A DNA stretch of 64,000 nt, from positions 24,180,001-24,244,000 of the forward strand of contig CM060734.1 in assembly GCA_030704615.1 (NCBI GenBank), given 5' to 3'. Made by a program: the position numbers and the translations under genes. The stretch's first letter is position 1, and each line of letters begins with the position of its first letter. A model generated the notes under the pieces. The model was not told the origin of the DNA. It searched no databases and saw only the letters and a list, made by a program, of their open reading frames with translations. The stretch comes from Takakia lepidozioides (lineage: Eukaryota; Plantae; Bryophyta). Of this stretch, positions 23,561 through 37,235 are shown one piece after another.

Positions 23561-24099
23561 AAAACATCCCACACACAAGGTGCATCAGCTGTAGTCCTGC
23601 TGAACACAACGTCACCAGAGCACAAACCATCCCACAACCACAACCACAAGCAGCAGACCTCACACCCACTCCCCTGCAGCGCAAGTGCCAAAAAATGAAA
23701 ATGAGAGGGACAGAATGTACTCATAACATGTGCATTCATTGGTGAAGAAGTGGAATGTGGATGGGTTCACATCAGTACCACATGAAACTTACCAGGAAAT
23801 AGAACATCCATCCGGGTTTTCCACATATCCAATAGACATCTATTCACACAATCATGTGCTGGCTGTATGTGCTTGCCCAACAACGGAGCCCCAAAAGGCC
23901 TAAAGACTCTCAATGTTGGTAAACATAGGTGCAGGCACAATTCAATTGATAGCTTGGATATCCGGTGGTCTGTCTGGTGATAGCACCCTGGGCAATGAAT
24001 CAGACAATGAATATTGTGTTTGTGGAGCCCACAGAACGGGCAATAGCACTCTCTCATCCCTCTCAGCTTCTGTTCGTTGTCCAAAGGTAGGCTTCCTCA

Positions 24100-25052
24100 C
24101 CAAAGTTTAAATTTCAGTCTGGTGCACACAGTGGGTAGACCCTTCAGGTCATCCAGGATGTCCTCCCCCATGTCACAATCTGGAAACAGGTTCAGGGATG
24201 TTTTCTGCCTAACTTCTTTTTCATTACACAATTTTGTGGCAGCACACATGGCTTTGGACACTACAGTCTCTAAGTCACATGGTTCCAGCAGGGTCAAGAC
24301 TTGCCGGTCCACATTCAGATCCTTGAGAGTCTCTTCTAGTCTCTTCTGCTAGGACTTGGCCTGTTTGGCTGGGCGGTCCTGTTTCCAAGATATAAAGTTG
24401 ATTAACTTAAGATATCTGGTGTAAAGACGTGTTGCAACAGACTCCGCCATCTCACCTTGAATTCATCTCCTCAGGAGCTTAAGAAAGGGATGCCAAACTC
24501 ACCATGAACAACCACATTGGCTGTTTTGGAGCATGCGGACATCCACTCCTTAAGCACCCCCACTTGGAAGGATTCTGCAGACCCAGCCTCATTGGAGTTA
24601 TCAACCCATATAGCAAATGCGTACTCCAAGGCGGGTCCAATGATGTGACAAAGCAAGATTTTCTTAACCTAAAAGTTAGTCCCTCTGCACACAGTGGTAG
24701 ACCCTTTGGTTTTTCCACGATGTCCTCCCCCATGTCACAGACTGAAAACATGTTCAGGGATGTTTTCTGCCTAACTTCATTTTCATTACACATTTTTTCT
24801 GGTAGCACTCACTTCCGTGGACACTACAGTCTCTAAGTCACATTTATCCAGCAAGATGAAGACATGCGGGTCCACATTTAGATCCTTGAGAGTCAGTTCT
24901 ATTGTCTTCTGCCAGGACTTGGCCTGTTTGGCTGGACGGTCCTGTTTCCAAGATATAGAGTCGATTAACTTACGATATCTGGTGTAAAGACATGTGTTGC
25001 AACAGACTCCACCATCTCACCTTCAATTAATCTCCGCAAGAGCTTAAGGAAG
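24100..25052. repeat. ~560-bp direct tandem duplication; the second unit is split by the LTR element and continues at 38103-38270
   Basis: 24124.. matches 24687.., and 24471-24650 matches 25036-25052 joined to 38108-38270. Confidence 0.85.
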
Positions 25053-25910
25053 TGTTAGAGGACTGTCTGGGACTTAGACACTTATACGGGATCTGTAGGG
25101 TACCCTTAATTTTGCACAGACTGAGACCAACAGGAGCCTTAGGGGTGACAGCAGCGCACTGTAGAGGGGGGTTACACAGCCCGTCACAGTCGCACAGCCA
25201 GTCACAGCCCGTCACAGTTTCACACAGCCAGTCACAGCTTGACACAGCTGTCACGACCATAGGGAACAGAGAGCAGGACAGGGAACGACTGTGGGGAACC
25301 ACACCTGCAAATGGAACATGTTAGTTCACGGACGACGGTTAGTGAGGAAAACGGTTAGAGCCACGGGTAGGAAGATAAAGGGAGAAGCAAGGACGGAGAT
25401 GGGGGGATTCTTGGAAGCACTGGAGGGGGAGGGCTTTTGGGTCATGCATGGGAGGAGATCGGGCGGAGAGAAAGATCGGAAGCCAAGATGGAGAGCGCGG
25501 TGAAGGAGGAAAGAGGATTAGTAGATGCTTGTTATATGCAAAGCGGTAGTGATATAGTAGAGCAGATTAGAGACACAATGGCTTCGGCCTGATACCTGAT
25601 AAATCCTAATCGGATACTTATACGATACAATCACACTGTGTAGAGAGATCTGAGTGAAGCTGTGGAATGAATGGATGAGTTGATGGAATCCAATAGATTG
25701 ATAAAGCAAATTGATACTTCATTATCAATGGTAAGGTAGCTAACATGAATGCCAAAAGGGAAACAAATAGGGAACACCCCCATGATACACTAGCTGTAGG
25801 TCATGACTGATTGTTCTGCGCGGGCTGAGTACTTAGAGATTTCCAACTCTTTTATCTTGGAGTTTCCGCCTCGGATAGCGAAGGGATGGGTGAGTAAAAG
25901 CAGCGCGACA
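25053..25910 (+). repeat. 5' LTR of Athila-like element
   Basis: TGTTAGAG...CGCGACA; matches 37236-38102. Confidence 0.97.
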
Positions 25911-26498
25911 TTTGGCGACCATACTGGGCAACTGAGTCATGAACAACCAGATGTGACAGGCATCTGGTGGGATCATGGTGGTTGGACCATTAAAGAATTT
26001 GAAGTGAATCAAATTCCCTGTGGAACGAAGGAAGAAAGATTGTCCAAACAATTCTTTCAAAGGTTCTTGGAATTGCCAGACGGTTGTAAAGAAAATATTC
26101 TTAAGCGAGTGCATGATGCTGATCCGGAATGGGGTCTGGAGAAAGGAGTGATAAAGATTTATCAGGTAGCCTGTAGAGGAAGAGCACGTTGGTTACCAAC
26201 ATTGGTTTATGTGATAGCATTGCTATCCATTAAGCGAGTAGAGTTTGAAGGCTGGGAAGAAAGAAAGGTGAATGTTTATACTCATATGCATGAAGAGCTT
26301 GTACTGGTAAAGAATTGGATTCCAAAGGATATTTTGTGGATCAAACTCACACCAAGAACAGCTTTTCAGACTTGTTTGCCATATGGTTATATGGTAACGG
26401 AGACTTCAAGTATAGCCAAGGGTGCATTGAAGCTTGAAAGAAACCCATGCATATACAAGAGATATTACAGAAGAGAGTTTTGGTTATTGCCACATTAA
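25803..26498 (+). CDS. Extra ORF upstream of gag (231 aa, unknown function)
   Basis: Open frame starts in the LTR, crosses the PBS and ends 21 nt before gag. No recognisable motif. Confidence 0.45.
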   Translation: MTDCSARAEYLEISNSFILEFPPRIAKGWVSKSSATFGDHTGQLSHEQPDVTGIWWDHGGWTIKEFEVNQIPCGTKEERLSKQFFQRFLELPDGCKENILKRVHDADPEWGLEKGVIKIYQVACRGRARWLPTLVYVIALLSIKRVEFEGWEERKVNVYTHMHEELVLVKNWIPKDILWIKLTPRTAFQTCLPYGYMVTETSSIAKGALKLERNPCIYKRYYRREFWLLPH

Positions 26499-26519
26499 AA
26501 GAAATGAAAGACATGGGAC

Positions 26520-29500
26520 ATGAGTGATGAAAGAGAAGCTAGACGCCAGAGATATTCAGCAAAAAGAGAAAGCTATCTGAAAGCTAATTATCCATATCTT
26601 TGGGAGAGAGGAATAGACATAGGGGAATCATCTGGACCTCTCACACCATTAAGATCAAAGAGTACATCACCCATACCGGAAGAACTAGAGTTGGATGCCA
26701 CTCCTTCTGTTTCTTTGCAAGAAAGATTAAGGGAATTGGTACAGGAAGAAGATCAATCATGAGGTGAAAGATCTGAGGTACATCCCTGGATAAAAGATTT
26801 GACAGAACTCTTTGATAAGAGTTGGCATGGAACACCAAAAGCAGGAACTCCAGTTTCTGAAGCAGAAGGTGAAGAAGGAGAAGAGGATGTGGCAGAGCCA
26901 ACGGAGAGTTCAGACTCTCCAACACCATTACAGTTGAGTTACATGAGTGAAGAAGAAACCCAAGGGCAGAACTTGGAGGATGAAAACAGAGAGAATAAAT
27001 TGGAAGAGGAAAAATATGAAGAAGTAGACCCAAGAGCTGAGGTTGAGACTACAACCAGGACATCCCAACCCGTTGGACCGGGATCAAGTGGAGCACTTGG
27101 ATCACAGGCCAACGAAGGTGTCGGCTCAGGGGGATCAGGCGGGCTGCCTGGATCTGGCTCTGGGGGGACAGGGAGTGTGGGAAGTAGTGCAACTGAAGCT
27201 GGGAATACTGTGAATATCGTGGGGCCGGAAGCAGGGAGTGCTCAAGGGCCACCACTTGGTGGAAGATCCACCACAAAAACAACAGGTCCAGAAGGACCAG
27301 CACCAGCAAGGGTGTCAGCACCTGTCAGTGGGCAGAAGGTAGGGCCACAGATGGCGTTACAACCAACACGGGCAAAACCACCCTTTCCAATATATTCAGA
27401 AAAAGGGGATCCCGATGTACACATTAGCCAATTTGAGCACATGTGTATAGTGAACAATGAGAATGGCGATGATGCCAAGATGAGATTGTTTCCTTGTTCA
27501 CTTATCAAGAAAGCAAGTGAATGGTATGCAAGATTCCCTGATAATCATTTCCTAACCTGGAATGGCTTGAATACAACATTTTGAAATAGGTTCAGGACAA
27601 GTAAAACTGAAGATGAAGTGTATGGAAGTTTACAACAGTTAAAGCAAAAGAAGCATGAAACTGTTGAGGAATATATGGAAAAGATGGAATTGATGATGAA
27701 AAAGCTGGCTGCAGTACCAGCACCCGGTTTACAGAAGACTTGGTTTGTGAGTGGACTAAGACCAGAGTTGCAAAAGAAAGTGGATATGTTACCCCATAAT
27801 ACAGTGGAGGAGGCATTTGAGACTGCAAACAGAATTGAGCAATTGGGAATGCTCAGGAGAGAGAAAAAGGATGATGAGGACTCCGAGGATGAGTCAGATG
27901 AAGAAAAAGAGCAAGAACTAAAAGGGAAGAGTAAGAGAAAGGAGAAGTTGAAGAGGGATAACTATGAAAAAAGATTGGAAGAAATCTTGAAGAAGTATGC
28001 CACAGAGGCTGCAACACATTGGAGGAAGGGTGTATGGTGTGCAAAGTGCCAGAATGAAGGCCATACCACCACAGAATGCCACATGAAGGAGAAACACTGT
28101 ACTATCTGTAAAATGGATAACCATTCTACTGAGAATTATTACTACAACAGAAGGACAGCTGCAAGAGAACCTAGGCAAGTAAGGGTGCATCAGGTGCAGC
28201 CCCAGCCAAGAAGAAACAATGATCAGGACCACTATGGTAGGTCTGGTGGTTATAACAATGGCATGGAAGGGAGAGGTAATTCAAGAGGGAATTACCAAGG
28301 AGATTCCAGAGGCAACTATCAAGGTAATCCAAGGGGGAATTACCAACTCGGGAATCAGGATTATAGAAATAATCCAAGAACAGACCAAGGGCGAGGACCC
28401 AATGGTGAAGAACTATGTTACTATTGTAATCAGCCAGACATCGCAGGGCAGCCTGTTCATTCTGGATAAGACACCAGAATGAGATGAGAGCTCCTGTGAA
28501 TGAGGGCCCAGTGGTGGCAGCTCACATGGTTAGGCCATGTGTTGTACCAGAAGTAAGTACAATGATAGTAACAAGAAGTAAAGCCAAACTAATACCTCCA
28601 GTAGTAGAGGAAGAAGATGATAATGAAGGTGGCAATGACATGCCTGAAGATGAAGAGACTTGGAAAGATGAGAAGGAACTGCACAAGGAAGTGGCAGATA
28701 CTATAAGGGAAATGCAGAAGAGTACTGATATTCCTGTGGCAGATTCCTCTGATTCTGATGGAGAAGAAGAAGGGAGTGAGGAAGAAAGGAAGAAAGAAGA
28801 TGCAGACATGCAAAGTAATGAAGAGACTTTGGCTGAAGTAATATGCCAGACCAAAGCAGAAATTACCATTGGACAGCTATTAGCAGTGGCACCTTATTGT
28901 AGGCACAGGCTGTATCAAGCAATCAATCGAATTGCCCAGGAGACAGGAAACACAGACCTGAACAGCAAGGTGACCAGTTATAATGTGAAGCCGGAAGGGC
29001 GAGAAACAGTCATGGACTTTGATGATTCTATGCCAGTAATCCAATTGAGAATTGGAAGCACAGAACTAACTGATGTACTGATAGATGGAGGTTCTGGAGT
29101 AAATATCATGACAGACCAATTAAGGAAGAAGCTTGGTCTAAGTAACATGAAACCAACCCCATTTACAGTAACAATGGCAGATCAAAGAAGTGTACAGCCA
29201 TTGGGATTAATAAGAGGAGTTAAGATACAGATACAGAAGATGATCTTTATGATCACAGTAACTGTGTTGAAGATGGATGAAGTCATGGAGGCTTACTCCT
29301 TATTATTGGGACATTCGTGGCTGAAACAGGCCAGGGTAGTCCATGACTGGAATTCTCAGTTACTAACCGTGCATAATGGGATACGATACAAATTACCACA
29401 AAGAAATCTAGTAGATTACCTGCTACAAGAAGACCTCGAGGAGTCAGAGAGTATGACTGGAAAGGAGGACTGGATGAGGAGCAGGAAGCTACCCTATTTG

Positions 29501-32500
29501 CTGCACACCCAGAGTGGGAGCAGGTTGCAGAGATGCGGCTGGAAAGCCTAAGTTGTTTGAGAGGTATCTGCTGTGGTGTAGTGACAGCAACACCAACTGA
29601 AGAGGAAACCAGCATTTACCCATCACATTTCTATGAAGAAAGAGAAGGAGAAATAGAAATCCTAGAAGAACCAGCCACTGTGAGCTTACAGGATGAAGTG
29701 GTGACTGGTTGGACAATCACAGCTGATGAGCATGTGAGGGAAGTGAATGTGGGAACTAAAGAGGAACCGAGGATGGTGAAAGTAGGAGCTGATTTGGAGC
29801 CGGAATTCTTCGAAGAAGCTAAAAGCTTGTTCATCAAATACAGAGATGTATTTGCTTGGAGCTATGAGGATCTAAAAGGGATACCACCTGAAGTCTGTCA
29901 GCATAAGATTGAACTGGAACCAGGGTCAGTACCAATCAAGCAGACGAGGTACAGAATGAATCCCAACTACGCACAGAAGGTTGGAGAAGAGATAAAGAAG
30001 TTGGCTGAGGCTAAGTTTATATACCCAATAGAGTATACAACTTGGTTGTCACCCATTGTTATAGTTCCCAAGAAGAATGGCAAACTAAGAGTATGTGTGA
30101 ACTATAAGAAGCTGAATGCTTGTACGAAGAAAGATCCTTTCCCCTTGCCATTCACAGAAGCAGTATTAGACACTGTGGCAGGCCATGAGATGTACTCATT
30201 CATGGATGGCTTCAGTGGTTATAATCAAGTGCAAGTGGCAGAAGAAGACCAAGGGAAAACAGCTTTCATCACAGACTGGGGGGCTTATGCATACAAAGTC
30301 ATGCCCTTTGGACTTGTAATGCACCAGCGACCTTTCAGAGAGTGATAAGTGAATCTTTTCATGAGTATCTGGATGATTTCATGCAGGTATTCTTGGATGA
30401 TTTCAGTGTGTACAGCTCTAAGAATGAGCACTTGCATAAATTGGAGTTATGTTTGGCCAGATGCAGGATGAGAGGTCTGGGCCTAAATCCAGAGAAGTGT
30501 ACTTTCTGTGTGAACTCAGGGGTGCTTTTGGGACACATTGTGTGTAAAAAGGGACTTCTTGTGGATCCCAGGAAGACAGAGGCCATTAAAGCCTCTTCAC
30601 CACCAGTGAATGTTAAGAATCTAAGGAGATTCCTTGGGCAAACCAGTTATTACAGAAGATTTGTCAAGAGGTATGCACAAATAGCAGCACCATTGAGCAA
30701 ACTACTGAAGAAAGATGCAGTGTTTGCCTGGACAGCTGAATGTCAACAGGCGTTTGAGGAACTTACACTGTCAGTAACAACTACACCTGTGCTGATTAAC
30801 CCTCACTGGCATGTAGTATTTCATGTTCACTGCGATGCATCAGGAGAAGCGTTGGGAGCGGTGTTAGCCCAGAATGTTACAGGAAATATAGATTCACCTG
30901 TGTACTATGCTAGCCGGTTGATGAACAGTGTTGAAAGGAACTATAGCACAACGGAAAGAGAAGCATTGGCAATGATCTATGCAGTGAAGAAATTCAGGCA
31001 TTACCTGTTGGGCAAAAAGTTTATGTTCTATGTGGATCACCAGGCTCTGATATACCTGGTTTACAAACCACTGATAAGCGGAAGAATAGCAAGATGGTTG
31101 ATAATCTTGCACGAGTTTGAGTTCGAGGTTGTTTACAAGCCTGGGAGACTGCATCTAGTGGCGGATCATTTGTCACGGTTATCAACAGGAGAACCAGCCA
31201 CAGGAATAGATGATCAATTACCAGATGCGAGTCTCTTTGCAGTGGAGGTGCAGGGAAGTGCAGATGACTGGTTAGATTGGCAGTGGCCAATCAGATACTA
31301 CCTTGCTCATGGTCAGTGCCCACCTTGTTATGGTAAGGAGCAGAGGAAAAGAATCGCTATCAAAGCTTTACCTTATACTATGGTAGGAAGCAGAATGTAT
31401 AAGCTAGGACCTGATGGAGTACTAAAACGATGCTTGTACCACCATGAAGTAAATAAAGTTTTGGAGGAAGTTCATAAAGGAGTGGCTGGAGGTCATTTTG
31501 GAGAAGAGACTACAAGTAGGAAGATACTACTCGCAGGTTACTGGTGGCCTACTTTGTTCAAAGATGTACACGAGTATTGTCAGAGTTGTGATGAATGTCA
31601 GAGGCTAGGACTTTGCAGAGATCTGGAAGGATGGCCTTGCATCCTACAATGCCTACGGAACCATTTCAGAAATGGGGACTAGACTTTGTTGGACCAATTA
31701 ACCCACCAGCCAAGAATACACGGAGCAGGTACATAATTACAGCCACTGATTATACTACGAAGTGGGTGGAAGCTAAAGCTTTGAGGGACAACACAGCCAA
31801 GTCCACAGCAAGGTTCCTGTACGAAAACATACTTACACGATTTGGTTGTCCCATAGAATTTATCAGTGATCAGGGAAGTCACTTCATGAATGAGACCATT
31901 GAGTTGTTGACTAAAGAGTTCATGATTGTACATAGAAAGAGTACAACATATTACCCACAGGGTAATGGGCAGGCAGAGGCTACCAACAAAATACTATGCA
32001 CTATCTTGGCTAAGATAGTCAATGCGAACAGAACGGATTGGGATACAAAGTTGCTGATAGTTTTGTGGTCATACAGGACTTCCTATAAAGTCACCACAAA
32101 GTATACACCATTCCAATTAGTTTATGGTATGGAAGCCTTACTTCCAGTGGAATTCCTGTTACCTACCATGAGAACGGAGTGGGGAAAAAGAATGGAATTG
32201 CAAGATTTTATCAAGGTCAGGAAACATGAATTATACCATGTGGAAGAAGTACGTGCTGATGCAGCTGATAATATGACCAGAATTCAGATGAAGAGGAAGG
32301 AACAGTTTGATGAAGGCAAGTTAAAAACTTTTAAGACGGGAGATTTGGTTCTATGGTTGCAGAAAAAAAGAAAGATTAAAGCTTCTAAGCTTAAATCACC
32401 ATGGAAATGACCTTATGTCATACAAAAGATGTATGGTAACAACACTGCCATGTTACAAACCATTAACAAATAAATGCTGGGAAGAGTCAATGCCAATAAG
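26520..32500 (+). pseudogene. gag-pol, disrupted by stops and frameshifts
   Basis: Gag (DPDVHISQFE, CAKCQNEGHTTTEC knuckles), protease LIDGGSGVN, RT FMDGFSGYNQ and VFLDDFSVY, RNase H HCDASGEALGAVL, integrase GHFG..CDEC, WGLDFVGP, SDQGSHF, GQAE. Confidence 0.95.
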
Positions 32501-32654
32501 TTGAAGGGGTACAGTGGTATCCATGACAAACCATTGCAGCATGATTTGCATGTTAAAACGCAATAGCAGTCACGGGCTGCACCAGTGTTACGAACGGAGT
32601 ATGAAGCACTTGTCGCTAGGCCGAGCATATATGACCAGGGTGGGCAAAACAAGC

Positions 32655-32957
32655 GTGACACAGCCTATCACAGCCCATCACGACGTGACCCAGCCTATCA
32701 CAGCCCATCAAGGCAAAGCATAGCCTATCACAGCCCATCACGACGTAACACAGCCTATCACAGCCCAACACGGCGCAACACAGCCTATCACAACCTACCA
32801 CAGCGTGTTACAGCCTATCACAGCTTACCACAGTGCATCACAGCCTATCACAGCGTACCACAGCGTGTCACAGCCTATCACAGCTTACCACAGTGCATCA
32901 CAGCCTATCACAGCGTACCACAGTATGACACAGCCTGTCACAGCTCAACACAGCCTA
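32655..32957 (+). repeat. ~10 x 30-bp tandem repeat (CACAGCCTATCACAGC core) between pol and the 3' ORF
   Basis: Direct repeats visible; translate as TAYHS-P-R units. Confidence 0.95.
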
Positions 32958-33429
32958 CTAGGGTTACACGATCCATAGATTCAGTGACAGGTGGACGCAT
33001 AATAACTTCAGGAAAATGGCTGACGGAAGAAAAGACGGAAACTAGTTTAAAAATAGACACGTGGAAGTCAGGGCGCGACACACAGCTGAGAAGGAAGTGC
33101 AAGAACAGGTGTCATAAAGAAAGAGGACAAGAACGGCCGTCAAAAGGGATGAAAGGCGGGCCCATTAATGAATACGGAAAAAGGGAAACGGAACGAACGG
33201 CAAGTACAGAAAAGCGAAATTCTTGTCACATGTGTGATCCTAGTGGACTATCCAGCAGGGAAAGTCCACTAAAGAAAATGAAATCTAAAATCCAGTCAAG
33301 CGGATACAGCCAATAGAAAACCAGAGAAGGGATCAAGAAAATGGAGGGAAATTGAGCGCAAGAGGCGGCGTCGTTCTGAGTAACGGGCGTCTCGACGGGA
33401 CAGACCATCAATGCTATAGCTTGGAAACT

Positions 33430-36400
33430 ATGGAGGAACTAACAGACTATACGCTCGCAATATTACTTACACAGTGGCATCGACACGAAAGAACAGAGCG
33501 GAGCTTTTCTCTTGAGCGATGTTTGCAAGCCCCGCAGGCTTACAAGAAATTACCCATAGCTTTCTGTGGCAACCATACGTTTATGCTTTGTGCACTACAG
33601 GCATTTCTGCAGTTGTTACAGCCAAAACATTTCTGTGAGTCTAAAATGAAGAGAGTGAGAGGAATGGAGGAAATCAGGGTGAAGAGCACCACAATTCTGC
33701 AGAAACAAACGATTGCTACCCCACAGGCGATACAGATACTGAAGGAGCTGAGATTGCAAGGATTGCAAAGCATAGATTGGACATTACACCATAGACAGTA
33801 CATGTTACAATTTTTGGAGAACTTTGAGCCAAAGACATGAACAACAACGGTAAAGGGAGTTGAATTAGCAATTACTCCCCTATACCTCCAACAATTGTTT
33901 CGATTGCCAGTAGATCAGGTGCATGTGGAGGAACACAGGGCAAGACTGCAAATATGGGACTTATTCCAAGAAGGGAGTTTCTTTAAAACTCAGGGTTATG
34001 CTTGTACAAAGGCTGTGTACCCAGGGCTAAAGGAGGTAGGCCAGGTATTGAACGTTCTGATTGCCATGAAACAGAACCAACAATATTTGAGCAGATCCTT
34101 CACGGAGGAAATACTCAAAGCCCTGAAGGGACAAGAGGTAGAATGGGCGGACATAATGTACAACGCACTGGTGGAGGAGATGAAAAGATTACAAGGTACT
34201 ACCGCAAAGTCTCCTATCATAGTGTCTGGCCCAATCATTGCTCAAATAATTCTTGATTCTGGCATACTTGATGCGCAAGAAAGAAAGGAGATGGGAGTGT
34301 TTGAGCCAGAAACCACTGCAATGGAAGAGCAAGCCTCTTCACACAGTGAGGGTGGACTAGCAGGGCAACCCGAGACTAAGAGGCAGAGACGGGGAAAGAC
34401 TGTAGTGGCGGATCCACTGGCTTCACGGATTCCGCATGATAATGTTTCCCAAGCTCATGTGCAGGAAGGGGCACAGCAGCACAGAACAATGCTATTTCTG
34501 GAAGCAGGACCTTCAGAGAGGGAGGAGGAAGTTACTTTAGTATCACAACCATCACAGCCAGCTGAACGGCTTGTCACAAGGTTACAAGTTGTCCATGCAG
34601 CTCAACCAGAAATAATTGATTTGGAAAGAGAAGGGTTAGATATTCCAACTACAGAACAGATAGTGGCAGAAATGGAGAAGGGGGACCTTCTCTATGAATA
34701 TTCTGGTCTGGTCAAAGAGACAGAGATTCCAGAGGTGCAACAGTTGCCCAAGGAAAATCCTGAGGTGCATATAATACACACACCTGTGTCGGAGGTACCA
34801 CAGGCAGCAGGTCATGACACTGCAGCACCGGTGATAGATGAAGTGGTTCAGGAAGAAAATCCGGTGGGACAATGGCCTGAGTGGTTCGTGAGACATCACA
34901 CGGTTGAGGATCAGGAGGAACAGCAGCAACCTCACCATGATGACCCTCAACAGGCAATGTTGATGAGTTCTATAGGCAGGACACTTAATTTGTTGGGGAT
35001 TTATGTCAAATCCCATGTTCCAACTACCCAATTGACAGCCTTGAGAGAGGAACTCAGGAAGGAGTTTGAGGCTCGACTAGCCATTGAGTGTGCAAACAAG
35101 GTCGATGAAGAGGTCACTCTCAAGATGCAGCAGGACTTGGGAAATATAGAAGCGGCTTTGCAATTGGCCAAGGAACAATTGATTGAGGCAGGCCTCGCGC
35201 AAGACCAGTTGCACGAAGCACATAAGCAACAGCTATACCAAATGCAGGTGCAGCATGCAAGCAAGTTGCAAGAAGTGAATGCACTACATACGGAGTTGCA
35301 GACAGTGCATGACAGGATGACGATACAATGTGCTACATTCACAACTATGCTTGACCAATCTACAAAAGAGATAAACAGTCAAGCGGAAAAATGTACGAAG
35401 GCAGAAGAAGAGAATGTGGAACAAATGAAACTCATTGTCGATATGAAGAATACAATCTGTCGCAATGAGGATACTTTCAAGCAATACAGGCAGATTGAAG
35501 CTGATCAAGAGAAGCACATCGTGGAGTTGCAACAAACCATCATGGCCAATAGAAATGAAATCGCGGTCAATAACAAGGCTTGGAGGGAAGCCAATAATCT
35601 ACTGGCTGCTTATGCGAATTTGGTTGAACCTCATGCGAAGCGCATGGAGGCTTTACAACAGGAGTTAGAAGTGTACAAGCTAAGAGAGGAGCACACTCTC
35701 AGGGGAACCACAAGCAACTTGGTGGATAACAGCCTTATGCAGGTCTGGTTAGCACAAGGGCCAGTAGAGGGCAAAGCACCACGAAAGCTCACCCAAAGCG
35801 AGATGAATGAGCTCAGACTGCAAGTGCAGAACATTGCCACAACTACTATAGACAATGTCTATAGTAGGATAGCCGAGTTACAGGAGGATGTAGATGGACT
35901 GCAGACTCAAGTGGAGGACCTCACTTCAATTATCGACAAAAGAGTCTATATCCCTCAGGAACAGCTAATGGCTTCTTATTTACAAGCTAGAACTTTTGCT
36001 TTTCAGTCTTCACAGGAGGTGCAGGAGATGCCAATGATATAAGAGCCAGTACCACCAACACCACAACAAGTCACTGTATCAGTAGCTGAACCTGTTGTTA
36101 CTACAACCACACCGCAGCCACCACAGCCTGAGGTATGGGGCAATGCTGCTTTTAACCCACCTAAAACTCTAGCTGCAAGGGAGTACAGTAGGGCTATGAT
36201 TATGCCCTTCAACCAAATTCCCATCATGTTGGATTTGGCTTGGAAAGAATTTAGTCCTCCGCAGTCATTCGCACATTACTACCAAATCATGCGTATTTGG
36301 CTGCCAGTGGCAACAAGGACTAAAGTTCTTCCGAACAATCGACATATTGAGGATCATCACTTTGCACAGTACTGGCACAAGGCAGGTACCATGTTGAGGG

Positions 36401-37059
36401 AATTAATTGCTTTCCAGGTTGTACATGGACTCATTTATACCAAGACCAAGGAGGTAGCAAGTATTGTCATGGGATGCGGGTTATACTACGCTGCTTGTTT
36501 TCTGGTACGTTATCACATTGAGCAACAAAAGATGCAAGCACGCTTTCTGAGTTATTCCAGTGGGGATCATTGGGTATTACCTTCGGTGCCACCTCATATG
36601 TACCTATATGACCCAAAAGTTATGATGCAAAAGGATTCTCAAATTCGTTCATGGTTTCAAGCGGCCTGGAACAATTTGTCAATGCAGAAATTCGGCATTG
36701 ATGATATTTTCTATAAGGGACATGTGGCATGGAAATACTTGCACGCTGCACCAGTAATTGGTACCCCACTCACCTGGACAGACAAGGAGCTCAGTGTCTA
36801 CACCAATTTTGCTGTTCAGCGGTTACAGCAAGTTCTAAAATATAAACTTCCAGACATGGTAGGACAACATTGTATGCCCCAGAGGATTCCACAAAAAGTT
36901 CAAAAATTAAAACACCTGAGAGGCGATGAGGATTCTGATACAACTGTTTCTTCACCGAATTCTTTTGACATGGGAGAAGACTATGCAATTCAGATGGCAG
37001 AGAAGAAGCGACGGGGGTCTCCTATGCCGGAAAGGTTACCTCGATATCAGCCTCCATAG
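33430..37059 (+). pseudogene. Long extra 3' ORF (~1200 codons) with Athila ORF/Transposase_32-like N-terminus and coiled coil
   Basis: ORFs 33352-33840, 33895-36042 and 36196-37059 share one frame, split by two stops. QFLENF..TTTVKGVELAITPLYLQQLFRLP resembles the Athila 3' ORF motif. Confidence 0.7.
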
Positions 37060-37235
37060 GGCCTCACTTATCCAGGTAGTGATCAACCATCTCCATCAAC
37101 CAGAGACAGACCTCGGGCTCGTACACACAGTCCGCCACGAAACTCTCAACGTCAGAAATGTGCTCACTCACAAAGGTTTGCTAATCGCAATCAGTAAACC
37201 GTGAGGACACGGCTTTTTGAGGGGGGAAGGGGTAA

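Noticed and set aside
32585-33316. 243-aa repeat protein
   Set aside because: The open frame is a by-product of a stop-free 30-bp tandem repeat.
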